Source: Croceibacterium sp. (GTDB taxonomy: Bacteria; Pseudomonadota; Alphaproteobacteria; Sphingomonadales; Sphingomonadaceae). Taken from it: 64,000 nt of DNA. The notes beneath the pieces were generated by a model. It was not told where the DNA came from. It made no database searches and saw nothing but the letters and a program-made list of their open reading frames with translations. The DNA lies in the NCBI GenBank assembly GCA_039920345.1, contig JBDSDZ010000036.1, forward strand, positions 6,827 to 70,826, read 5' to 3'. Position numbers and translations under genes: made by a program. The stretch's first letter is position 1. Each line of letters opens with the position of its first letter. Below are positions 32,440 through 40,879 of this stretch, in pieces.

Positions 32440-32712
32440 TCAGGCTGGCGCTACGAGACGGTTCGTCGTCAGCATTTCGAGCAGGGCCTCGAGGTCAGAG
32501 GTGAGTTGCTCGACCGGCACATCGTACTCGCTGGCCAAGATATCGCGCGCCTCAAGGCCGGATTTCCCTTCTTCGAGCAATTGCCAAAATTGCGCGCCGA
32601 CAGGGTCGAGCCCGAAATAAGTGCCGCTCCCCAGATCGAGCAACATCGTCTCTTCACCGACTTCGCGCGAGACGACGGCGCTTGAAACCTGCATTTTATC
32701 GGACAACTTCAC
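32440..32712 (-). CDS. PqqD-family RiPP recognition element (lasso B1/E protein)
   Basis: 90 aa; GEETMLLDL.SG.YFGLD.VG..FW.LL, LASEYDV, DL..LL..L....LV. Confidence 0.95.
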   Translation of the reverse strand: MKLSDKMQVSSAVVSREVGEETMLLDLGSGTYFGLDPVGAQFWQLLEEGKSGLEARDILASEYDVPVEQLTSDLEALLEMLTTNRLVAPA

Positions 32713-33569
32713 TAGACGGCCTCTCTCGAAAACATATGGCGCGATACCGCATCGATCACGGCAGGCAACTGGTCATATACCCGCGGGTAGTCGAGGGTGA
32801 AACAGGGCACCCGTTCGGCCGCCTCGGCGAGCGTATTGAAATCGCGCCTGATCCGCTGGCGATCCTCGCCGTCGAGAAAGAAGGAGTGGCTGATCAGGCG
32901 GGACAGCGATTGCGGCACTGTCAGGTCCGCAATCACCGGTTCGGCACTGTCGCCGGCGCCCAGGAAATACAGGGCGGCCAGCGGCAGCGGCTTATCCATA
33001 TAGGGCAGCGCCTCATCGGCGGCGATAAGCGACTTTTCGTCGTCGCAATCGTCCGGCACCGGTCGGCCCAGAACAACGGCCGCTTCGCTGTCCTGCCACA
33101 ACCGGAAGCTTGGTCGGCTGGGCTCGGCAAGAAATACATCGCCCTGTCGTATCAGACTGACGCCGTCATCCGACAGGAACGGCACCCCGGTTCGCGCAAA
33201 GGCGGCGGCAAGGGTTGATTTGCCGCTCCCGCTCGGTGCCGAAAAGCCCACCGCGCGGCCGTCAATTGCCACCACGCTGGCGTGAATAATCAGCTCGCCC
33301 TGATGGCTGCGGATCATCGGCACGACCTGGTTCAGGTAGAGGTCTCGCAGCGCGGCCGCCGATAGCCCAGGGATAGGGCGGCTAATGACGATGCGATCAT
33401 CAAGCGCGATGAGGAAATCCGCCCGGTCGATAAAGCGGATCAGAAATCCGCCGTTGATCCTGTGGAATGTAGCGGTCTTGGGCCCGCCATCGGGCCGCCA
33501 GCACGCGAATTCAACTTCATCCAGCGAAGTTTGCGCGCGCGCAGCTTCTTCCCGCAGGTCAAAGTTCAT
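32712..33569 (-). CDS. HPr kinase-like peptide kinase (lasso cluster)
   Basis: IHAS.V, Walker A APSGSGKST, LSDD. Confidence 0.9.
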   Translation of the reverse strand: MNFDLREEAARAQTSLDEVEFACWRPDGGPKTATFHRINGGFLIRFIDRADFLIALDDRIVISRPIPGLSAAALRDLYLNQVVPMIRSHQGELIIHASVVAIDGRAVGFSAPSGSGKSTLAAAFARTGVPFLSDDGVSLIRQGDVFLAEPSRPSFRLWQDSEAAVVLGRPVPDDCDDEKSLIAADEALPYMDKPLPLAALYFLGAGDSAEPVIADLTVPQSLSRLISHSFFLDGEDRQRIRRDFNTLAEAAERVPCFTLDYPRVYDQLPAVIDAVSRHMFSREAV

Positions 33570-34690
33570 CGCGCGCTCCGGCAAATTTCGCTTCGAACGA
33601 ACGCGGCCACAAGGTCGATCGAGGGGTACAGGTCGGCATAGCGCGCCAGCATTTCGAGTTCGATTTCTTCGCCGGTCAGCCGCCCGTCAACCATGCCGAG
33701 CAGATCCCGGCGCGCTTCGCCTTCCCGACTGAGTTCGATCGCGCTTTCGGCCGGAGGCGTACGATCCCTCGGATCAAGTATGGTGCTCGCCCAAGTCGAC
33801 TGGCGCGAGGCCTGCCCGGTGCGCGCAACACGCGCGCTCCAGGAAATGATGTTTTCTTCATGCCGCACGGACATGTTCACCTCGAGCTTGTCGCCCTTGA
33901 TTACCGAAAGCGGCGAAGCAAACGGCAGGAACGCCTGGCTGCGCTTGATCCGCGCGGGCGCAACGGGCGAATTGGTCATCCACACGCCGTCGAATATCTC
34001 GCAGGCGAACCATCCCGCGAGGCCATCGAGATCGCAGCCGCGCAGGATATCAAGTTGGACGAAGAACGATAGCGCGTCTGGCCCATCTTCGCGTAAATCG
34101 ATGGTGCCCAGCGTTTCCGGTCGCGCGACCAGCTCATCGGCAAGAAAGTCGCGGCCGTGCTTGGTGTTGACCCCGTATTCGCGCAGCCAACGGTAGTCGG
34201 CCGGAACGGGTGCCTTCGCCCAGGCGTTGGCCAGCTCGCGGCAACTGTCGGACTGGACGGCCGCTACTTCCAAACGGATTTGTTGCGGAAGGATTTTGCC
34301 GCCATCCTTCAGCAGGCGCCGGCGGGCGTCCCCCATCGTCTTGATGATGCCGTAGTCGAACCCGAAGTAGCCGACGTGGTCGCAGATCAGCACGTCCACT
34401 GGCGCTGGCAGTTCGCTCTTGAACGAACTTTCATGCAGGCACGTATAGCGATCATCGAACCCGCTGCGGGCCATTGCTTCGGCAGCAATCTGGATCGCGG
34501 GGGTCTCGTCAATTCCCCAGACGTGGCTGGCGCCGGCTTTCAGGCACATCAGGCCGAGGATGCCGAAACCACAACCGATGTCCGCAACGCTGTCACCCGG
34601 CATTACGGCCAGGGCGACAGCTTGCTCATATCTCTCCAGGCGAATGCCATCGGAAAGATAACTGTAATGCTCCTCGAGGGCACTCCCCAC
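33566..34690 (-). CDS. SAM-dependent methyltransferase with PRMT-like two-domain architecture
   Basis: H..YL.D..R...Y, VADIGCG.GIL....KAGA..V.GID, VDVLICD, LK.GG.ILP, G..GWF...I beta-barrel. Confidence 0.88.
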   Translation of the reverse strand: MGSALEEHYSYLSDGIRLERYEQAVALAVMPGDSVADIGCGFGILGLMCLKAGASHVWGIDETPAIQIAAEAMARSGFDDRYTCLHESSFKSELPAPVDVLICDHVGYFGFDYGIIKTMGDARRRLLKDGGKILPQQIRLEVAAVQSDSCRELANAWAKAPVPADYRWLREYGVNTKHGRDFLADELVARPETLGTIDLREDGPDALSFFVQLDILRGCDLDGLAGWFACEIFDGVWMTNSPVAPARIKRSQAFLPFASPLSVIKGDKLEVNMSVRHEENIISWSARVARTGQASRQSTWASTILDPRDRTPPAESAIELSREGEARRDLLGMVDGRLTGEEIELEMLARYADLYPSIDLVAAFVRSEICRSAR

Positions 34691-34725
34691 AGGGCAATGC
34701 CCTCCTAGGAATTACACATTGTCGA

Positions 34726-35103
34726 TCAGTGGCGAGTGATACCCAGAAGCGAATAGTTGACGAAGCGGTAGCCGCTGTCGTCCACCGAGACGGCTTCCGG
34801 AACGATCTGTTCGACTTCGTCTGCCATCACGCCAAACTGGCGGCTATGGCCGAATGCATCGCGGAATTCCGGCTTGTAGTCGAACAGGTAGAGCCCGAAG
34901 CCCGCCGCATGTTCACCCACACGCACCACGTTTTCCTTGAACGCCGGGTCGCTCGCGCCGTTCATCTGCATGCCGCCGCCGTCAGCATTGCTGCCCGAGG
35001 CGTTATTGCCCGTCAGGTCGCGCACCGAGCCGTAAATGGTCAAGGTCGGCGCCGCATACTGCGCCTTGGCACCTACGCGGATTTTGTTTGAATCGGTCAT
35101 CAT
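34726..35103 (-). CDS. Lasso peptide precursor fused to a Peptidase_S74-like intramolecular chaperone/autocleavage domain
   Basis: GGAG RBS then ATG at 35103; leader YAAPTLTIYGSVRDLTG; core NNASGSNADGGGMQMNGA; then SDPAFKENV...GVMADEVEQIVPEAV...GY..VNY. Confidence 0.88.
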   Translation of the reverse strand: MMTDSNKIRVGAKAQYAAPTLTIYGSVRDLTGNNASGSNADGGGMQMNGASDPAFKENVVRVGEHAAGFGLYLFDYKPEFRDAFGHSRQFGVMADEVEQIVPEAVSVDDSGYRFVNYSLLGITRH

Positions 35104-35126
35104 CAAGTCTCCAACAGGACCAAGTA

Positions 35127-37010
35127 TTAACTCGCCTCTTGCGAGTGAAATAGGTTCAGGCAGCCATAGGCCCCCCAAAGCGGATAGATTGCTGAAGTAG
35201 ACGACGATAGACGCCCGTCGCAACAATCGTAAAATCGATCCAGCACTTCGGGATCGAACCATTCGATTCCGCACTGCAACATAGGGCGTATCACACTATA
35301 TCGCGCCTTGTCCAGCGGCTGCGTGAAGGGGCTGCTGAACTCGGATTTGGTCCGCCGGTTAACCACACTGGCGGGCAGATCGGTGGCCATGGCCTTGATA
35401 TGAACCCGCTTTTGAAAGTCGCCCTGCCGCTTCTGGCGATCGGGAATGGCAAACGCGTATTCAATAAATTTTCGATCATACATCGGGCTGCGTAATTCAT
35501 ACCCGAGTCGCGCGCAGTTTCGGGCCATGAATTCATGGGCGTAGCTATTGAAACCGTATTCCAGAATCGAGAACATCGAGCGTCGGGCCGGGTTGCGTAC
35601 CAATCTCCTCTCACTTTCGTGTTTCAGGCGGCGTTGCTCTATCAATTCGAGCATCGCCGGTGTCAGCAGAGACCGGCCGGTTGTCCTGAGTGATGCGATA
35701 TTGAAGCGAAGGGCGCGTATTGGCGCCGGCACGAACGGCCAGATTCCGTACTGCAATACGTCGCGCAGGGCTTGGCGCACGCCGAAGGCGGCAAAATCCT
35801 CGCGCAAGCTGTCACGAAAGCTCCGCCAGTCGAGTTCGGTCAGGTGTTCGGCGTAATTGTAGCTTGCCGTACCGAGAAATTCGTCGCCACCCTCACCGTT
35901 GAGCGCCACAACACAGCCGTCTTGCTTGAGCGCTTCACCTATCGAAACGGCCATGGCGGCATTGGCGTAGGGCGCCATGTCGCGATCCCGCTGCCCTCGC
36001 TCTAGAAACCACTCCAGTTCGGGCATAAACGGCCGCACTTCCCGGATCTTCACCCCAAGATGGGTGCCAACCGCCCGGGCGAAGTCGATTTCGTCGACGG
36101 CTTCGACGGCATCTTCGCCAAAGTTGTAGGTATAGCCTTTCAGGCTCGGCGCCTTCAGCGAACCCTGTTGGGTAAGACGTTGAGCCATGGCAAAAATCGC
36201 CGATGAATCATGCCCTCCGCTCACCTCGCAGGCGAGCGGTTTGTGGGTGCGCGACGCACGACGCACACTTTGTGCAAAAATCTCGCGGTATTCGGCCTGG
36301 TAGTCTTCGTCACGTGCATGCCGAATGGAAACTTCAAGCGGCGGAAGCCAGTGGCGCCGATGGCTTGGCCCCGACCTTCCGACGCGCATCGTATGCGCCG
36401 GACGAAGACGGGTGACGCCCTGCCACAGCGTTTCTTCCAGGCTGTACCATTCATTCGCCATGTGTTCGGCAATCATGCCGAGGTTTGGCAGGGTTTCGAA
36501 ATCGTTCGCCGCGATCACTCCGGCGATATCGCTCGCCACAAGCAGGCGCTTGCCATCCCAATGATAATGCAACGGACGCATGCCCGCGTGGTCCCTGACG
36601 CAAAACGCTTCGCGCCGGCGCATGTCCCAGACGAGGAACGCATACTCGCCGTCGATGTGCGAAGGGCATTCGTCGCCCCATTGCTCGTAAGCGCGCAGGA
36701 CAAGCTCGGCGTCTGACCGTGTCCGCAGACAGGCCCCGCGGGCAAGCAGGTCCTCGCGCAGTTCCTGATAGTTCGCCAGCCATCCATCCATTGCCAGCAC
36801 CAGGGTCCCGGCTTCGTTGAGGAGGGGCTGGATTTCCCCGAGCGATTCTTCGGTGGTGTGCAGGGCGAGGTGGACGATCGATGCGCCCTCGCCGGTCCAG
36901 GCGCTGATGCCGTCCGGCCCACGGTAGGCGATAGCGTCAGTCATGCCAGCCAGCGCCGCGGGATTAACCGGCGCGCGATCGAAGCGCACGATTGCCACGA
37001 ACCCGCTCAC
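35127..37010 (-). CDS. Lasso peptide cyclase (asparagine synthetase-like C protein)
   Basis: RGPD, SGGHDSS PP-loop, GEGGDE; N-terminal Ser instead of the catalytic Cys of AsnB; adjacent to the precursor. Confidence 0.92.
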   Translation of the reverse strand: MSGFVAIVRFDRAPVNPAALAGMTDAIAYRGPDGISAWTGEGASIVHLALHTTEESLGEIQPLLNEAGTLVLAMDGWLANYQELREDLLARGACLRTRSDAELVLRAYEQWGDECPSHIDGEYAFLVWDMRRREAFCVRDHAGMRPLHYHWDGKRLLVASDIAGVIAANDFETLPNLGMIAEHMANEWYSLEETLWQGVTRLRPAHTMRVGRSGPSHRRHWLPPLEVSIRHARDEDYQAEYREIFAQSVRRASRTHKPLACEVSGGHDSSAIFAMAQRLTQQGSLKAPSLKGYTYNFGEDAVEAVDEIDFARAVGTHLGVKIREVRPFMPELEWFLERGQRDRDMAPYANAAMAVSIGEALKQDGCVVALNGEGGDEFLGTASYNYAEHLTELDWRSFRDSLREDFAAFGVRQALRDVLQYGIWPFVPAPIRALRFNIASLRTTGRSLLTPAMLELIEQRRLKHESERRLVRNPARRSMFSILEYGFNSYAHEFMARNCARLGYELRSPMYDRKFIEYAFAIPDRQKRQGDFQKRVHIKAMATDLPASVVNRRTKSEFSSPFTQPLDKARYSVIRPMLQCGIEWFDPEVLDRFYDCCDGRLSSSTSAIYPLWGAYGCLNLFHSQEAS

Positions 37011-37162
37011 GCCTGATTTCCTGCCCGCATCACGTCACTTGCACATGACACATCGCTGGAAAGCGTGCCAGTGGGCACTACTTGACAGTTGGGCGCGGCG
37101 CCGGGACACGATTTTCCAGCTTCCACTTGCGGCCGCTAGCAAACGACAGGGGACTTTGATCG

Positions 37163-37618
37163 GTGAGGGCGTGGCGAGACATCCGGGCGGCCTGGGCACG
37201 CCGAGCCCTGGGCGATGCCGTGGTTGCCGCGTGGGAACTCGCCCGTGCCCGCCGCGAAATGCAACGGACGCCCGTCGATGAATTGTCGCTGCTCAAACAA
37301 GGCGCGCCAAATAACAGCACCGCCGAGCTTACCCTTGCGCAGCAATCGCTCGTCAATCGAGTGGCCTACGTCGTACCGGCAATGGGCAAGCGCGTGCCCT
37401 GGCGCTCCGATTGTCTGGTTCAGGCACTGGCGGCGCGCCGCTGGATTGCGCGGGCCGGGGTAACGTCTGACTTGTGCATCGGCGTGCGCAAGGACGACGC
37501 AGGTTTCCAGGCCCATGCCTGGCTGAAAGTCGGCGAGCAGATCGTAACCGGCGGCGATGTAGCGACGTACGCCGAGTTGCCGCCGGTTGGCCCGCCGGGC
37601 GGGCTCGCTTCGTTATGA
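37163..37618 (+). CDS. Lasso peptide leader peptidase B2 (transglutaminase-like)
   Basis: PWRSDCLVQALA, IGV.K....F.AHAW (catalytic Cys/His). Confidence 0.92.
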   Translation: MRAWRDIRAAWARRALGDAVVAAWELARARREMQRTPVDELSLLKQGAPNNSTAELTLAQQSLVNRVAYVVPAMGKRVPWRSDCLVQALAARRWIARAGVTSDLCIGVRKDDAGFQAHAWLKVGEQIVTGGDVATYAELPPVGPPGGLASL

Positions 37619-39324
37619 GCGGACGGCACGTGCCGTCTGTGCGAGATTTCTTCGCTCTCATCGATCGGCGCAAGACGGCCCTGCTCGCCGTTCTGTCGGC
37701 GGCCTCAGCTGTGGCCGAAGGAATTGGGCTCTTGTTGCTGGTGCCGATGTTGGCTGTCCTTGGCAACAGCTCCGGCCCCTCCGGCATGCTGGGTTCAGTG
37801 TTCGAGCGCATCGGCCTGCCACGCTCGCTGCCGCTGCTGCTCGGGCTGTTTGTCGGGCTGGTGATCGTGCGCGGGGTGCTCAACCTGTTCCGGCTGGTCA
37901 CCGCGCAAGCGGTCGAAACAGGGCTGGTCGACCGGTTGCGCAATCGCGCCTGGCGCGCCTTGCTGCATTGCGAGTGGCGCATGCTCGCCAACATGCGCCA
38001 GTCGGACAATGCCAGCCTGCTGATTACCAGCCTCGAGCGGGTGGCGGGCGGGGCGCATTTCCTGGTCTCGGGGGCGATTTCGGCGATCACCCTGTGCGGC
38101 ATCGCGATGGCCGCGCTTCTCCTTTCGCCGTTGACCTCGGCAGTCGCCATAGTGGGCGGCGGACTGGTTGTGCTCGCCTACCGCAGGCTGCGGCACCGTG
38201 CGGCCATGCTCGGCGAAGCACTCAATACCGCGTCGGCACGGGTCTATGCCGAAGTTGCCGAAGGCCTGGCTGCGCTGCGCGTGATCAAGAGCTTCGGCAT
38301 CGAGGAAGGGTTTGAAACCCGGCTGCGCGACAACTTCATCGTCCAGCGGCGGGCAGAGCGCGCCTATGTCCGCGATGTTGGCGTGGCGCAGCTGCTGCTG
38401 CAGGGTTGCGGCGCCTTGCTGCTGGCGATTGTCGTGTGGGGCGCGATCGAAGTCTGGCACGCACCGGTTGCCACCGTGCTGCCAATGGTCGCGCTGTTTG
38501 CGCGCGCCTTGCCATTACTCGGCCAGACCCAGGAAGCGTGGCAGAATTGGGCCCACGCGCGCCCGGCACTGGACGAGACCCTGCAACTGCTCGCCGTGAC
38601 CGAAGCCGCGCGCGAGCCCGACTTGCCCGTTGGCACCGCCGTGCCGCAGGCCAGGCAATCCATCAAGGTCGAGCGGGCGACCGTTGCGCACCCCGGCCGC
38701 ACCCAGCCTGCGCTGGACAACGTCGATCTTGAACTCAGGTTTGGCACCATTACCGCCATCGTCGGACCCTCCGGCGCGGGCAAGAGCACACTGGCGGACA
38801 TTCTCGGCGGCCTGATCGCGCCCGACAGCGGCGCGTTGGTGATCGACGGCGTGACGCTGGACAACGCGATGCGCCGCGCCTGGCGCCAGCAAGTGACCTA
38901 CGTCCAGCAGGAGCCCCTGCTGTTCACCGGCACCATTCGTGAAAACCTGGCGCTGGCGGCACCCGGCGCCAATGACGACACTTTGCTTGAGGCCTTGCGG
39001 CGCGCCTCGGCCGGATTTGTCGAGCATCTGCCCGACGGGCTCGGCACGACCGTCGGCGAAGGCGGGCGCCAGCTCTCGGGCGGTGAGCGCCAGCGCATTG
39101 CGCTTGCCCGGGCGTTGCTGCGCCGGCCGCGGCTGCTGATCCTGGACGAAGCGGCCAGCGCGCTCGACAGTGAGAACGAGGCGGCGATTGCAGGAGCCAT
39201 CTTGCGGATGCGCGAAGAGATGACAATCTTCATCATCGGGCATCGTGGGGCGCTGGCGGACATTGCCGACAGGACCGTTCGGATCGAAGCCGGCCGGATT
39301 GAAGGGGGGAGGGTGCAAGAATGA
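37615..39324 (+). CDS. ABC transporter, fused permease/ATPase (lasso D exporter)
   Basis: TM domain plus GPSGAGKST, LSGGERQR, ILDEA; ATG at 37615 overlaps the B2 stop. Confidence 0.92.
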   Translation: MSGRHVPSVRDFFALIDRRKTALLAVLSAASAVAEGIGLLLLVPMLAVLGNSSGPSGMLGSVFERIGLPRSLPLLLGLFVGLVIVRGVLNLFRLVTAQAVETGLVDRLRNRAWRALLHCEWRMLANMRQSDNASLLITSLERVAGGAHFLVSGAISAITLCGIAMAALLLSPLTSAVAIVGGGLVVLAYRRLRHRAAMLGEALNTASARVYAEVAEGLAALRVIKSFGIEEGFETRLRDNFIVQRRAERAYVRDVGVAQLLLQGCGALLLAIVVWGAIEVWHAPVATVLPMVALFARALPLLGQTQEAWQNWAHARPALDETLQLLAVTEAAREPDLPVGTAVPQARQSIKVERATVAHPGRTQPALDNVDLELRFGTITAIVGPSGAGKSTLADILGGLIAPDSGALVIDGVTLDNAMRRAWRQQVTYVQQEPLLFTGTIRENLALAAPGANDDTLLEALRRASAGFVEHLPDGLGTTVGEGGRQLSGGERQRIALARALLRRPRLLILDEAASALDSENEAAIAGAILRMREEMTIFIIGHRGALADIADRTVRIEAGRIEGGRVQE

Positions 39325-39478
39325 GCCGCTACGCACGCAAAAGCACGAATTCAGCGATTGTTCACGGCTGTGGCCGCATTTCTTGCGCATCCGAGGCGCC
39401 TCGCCAGCCGCAAGCTGCGCGCACGAATGGCACCGTTTCCCTTTCCCTTTTTTTGCTCCGGTAACGCTCGCATTGCGT

Positions 39479-39970
39479 ATGGCAATTAGAACTCGCACCC
39501 TGATGATCGCGCTGTCGAGCGCGCTGGCGTTGTCGCTTGCAGGGCCGGCCGCTGCCCAATATCGCCAGACGATCGCCAACGATGCGGCGCGCTGCAGCGG
39601 GAATGGTCCAGCGGTGCGCATCACCGTGACCGACGTGAAATCGTCAGCCGGCAAAGTGCGCGTGCAGCTTTACAACGGCACGAGGCAGGACTGGCTGGCA
39701 AGCGGGCGCTGGCTCAATCGGATCGAGGCTCCCGCCCGCGCCGGAACGATGACTTTCTGCATGCCCGTGCCGCACGCCGGGACTTTCGCGATTGCCATTC
39801 GCCATGACGTCAACGGCAACGACGAGACCGACTTGACGCTGGATGGCGGCGGAATGTCCAACAATCCCAGCATCAACATCTTCAACCTTGGCAAGCCGAG
39901 CTACACCAAGACCGCGTTTCCGGTCGGCCAGGAAGTGAAGTCGATCTCGATTCGGATGCGCTACCTCTGA
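39479..39970 (+). CDS. DUF2141 domain secreted protein
   Basis: Signal peptide; G.VRVQLY, AIAIRHD.NGN, GGMSNNP. Confidence 0.85.
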   Translation: MAIRTRTLMIALSSALALSLAGPAAAQYRQTIANDAARCSGNGPAVRITVTDVKSSAGKVRVQLYNGTRQDWLASGRWLNRIEAPARAGTMTFCMPVPHAGTFAIAIRHDVNGNDETDLTLDGGGMSNNPSINIFNLGKPSYTKTAFPVGQEVKSISIRMRYL

Positions 39971-40879
39971 CTACTTTCCCGGCGCGATGGGGCCCTTGCG
40001 CGAGCGCCACAAGTGCCAGGCCAGCGACGGAACCGCGAGGATTGGCATCTTCTCCCGCAGCGGGGTGACTTTCACCGGGACGCCGGTGTGCCGCTCCACC
40101 TTCCACGCGACATAGCGCATGCCGCCTTCGAAAGTTGTGGTCGCCCTGACCAGCCGAACGGCGTTGAGCAGCTTGCCCACGCGGCGGCGGCGGGCCCACC
40201 AGCGCTGGGTGCGGCGGCGCTCGGCCAGCTCGAGGCGCGGTTCAATTGTCGTCTGGTCCTGCCCAAACGGTATCCCGCCATGCGATAACGCAGCCGGAAG
40301 CAGGCCATCGAAGTGGGCCCGATTGGCCGACAGGATCGACTCTTCACGGCCAGGCGGTTCAACGCGTAGTTCTGCCCGATACGTGGCGCGGAACAAGGCC
40401 CGCCAATAGTCGTCTTCGGAACCTCGCTCGGGCCCCACCGTCACGGCGAGTCGGGCGGCGGTAAACGCAGCAGCGGCCAGCGCTTCGAGCACGGACTGCT
40501 GGGCGGCGGTGTCACGCGCCCAGGCGATTGCGCAGGGCTGCACGAACCGCGCCCAGATCGTGGTGTCCAGTGTTTCGCCAGCGGCAGCCTTGGCAAATGT
40601 CGCCAGGTTCATTGTGGCAATCTTGGCCCTGAGACCATGCCCGGCGCGGTCCCACTCGCGATAGGAAACGTGCGGCCAGATCCCCGTCTCGCGCGGACCG
40701 GGCAGGAGAACGTAAAAATCGAGCACGCCTTCGAGCGAGCCGGTGCGCAAGTTGGATCCGTAAAACAGGACCGCCAGCGCCTTCGTTTCCTCGCCCAGCT
40801 CGCGCGCGATTCCGGCGACGGCGGGATCGAGCGATCGGTCCACCGCGGCGGCAACCCGCGCGGCGAGCGGCAAGCTCAC
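39971..40879 (-). CDS. Nucleotidyltransferase-fold protein, possibly a Tam41/Mmp37-like lipid cytidylyltransferase
   Basis: FYGS....DFYV NTase motif, WARF.QP, TY.AELRVE; coupled to the DAGK gene. Confidence 0.6.
   Translation of the reverse strand: MSLPLAARVAAAVDRSLDPAVAGIARELGEETKALAVLFYGSNLRTGSLEGVLDFYVLLPGPRETGIWPHVSYREWDRAGHGLRAKIATMNLATFAKAAAGETLDTTIWARFVQPCAIAWARDTAAQQSVLEALAAAAFTAARLAVTVGPERGSEDDYWRALFRATYRAELRVEPPGREESILSANRAHFDGLLPAALSHGGIPFGQDQTTIEPRLELAERRRTQRWWARRRRVGKLLNAVRLVRATTTFEGGMRYVAWKVERHTGVPVKVTPLREKMPILAVPSLAWHLWRSRKGPIAPGK

Noticed and set aside
34726-35103. Reading this gene as a phage tail-fibre remnant or prophage debris
   Set aside because: There are no phage genes nearby, and the N-terminus is a canonical lasso leader inside a lasso operon.
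35104-35274. ORF-track N-terminal extension of the precursor (182 aa)
   Set aside because: It overlaps the cyclase 3' end. The RBS (GGAG) and normal leader length support a start at 35103/35100.
35127-37010. Housekeeping asparagine synthetase AsnB
   Set aside because: It lacks the N-terminal catalytic Cys and is flanked by the precursor, RRE and B2 genes.
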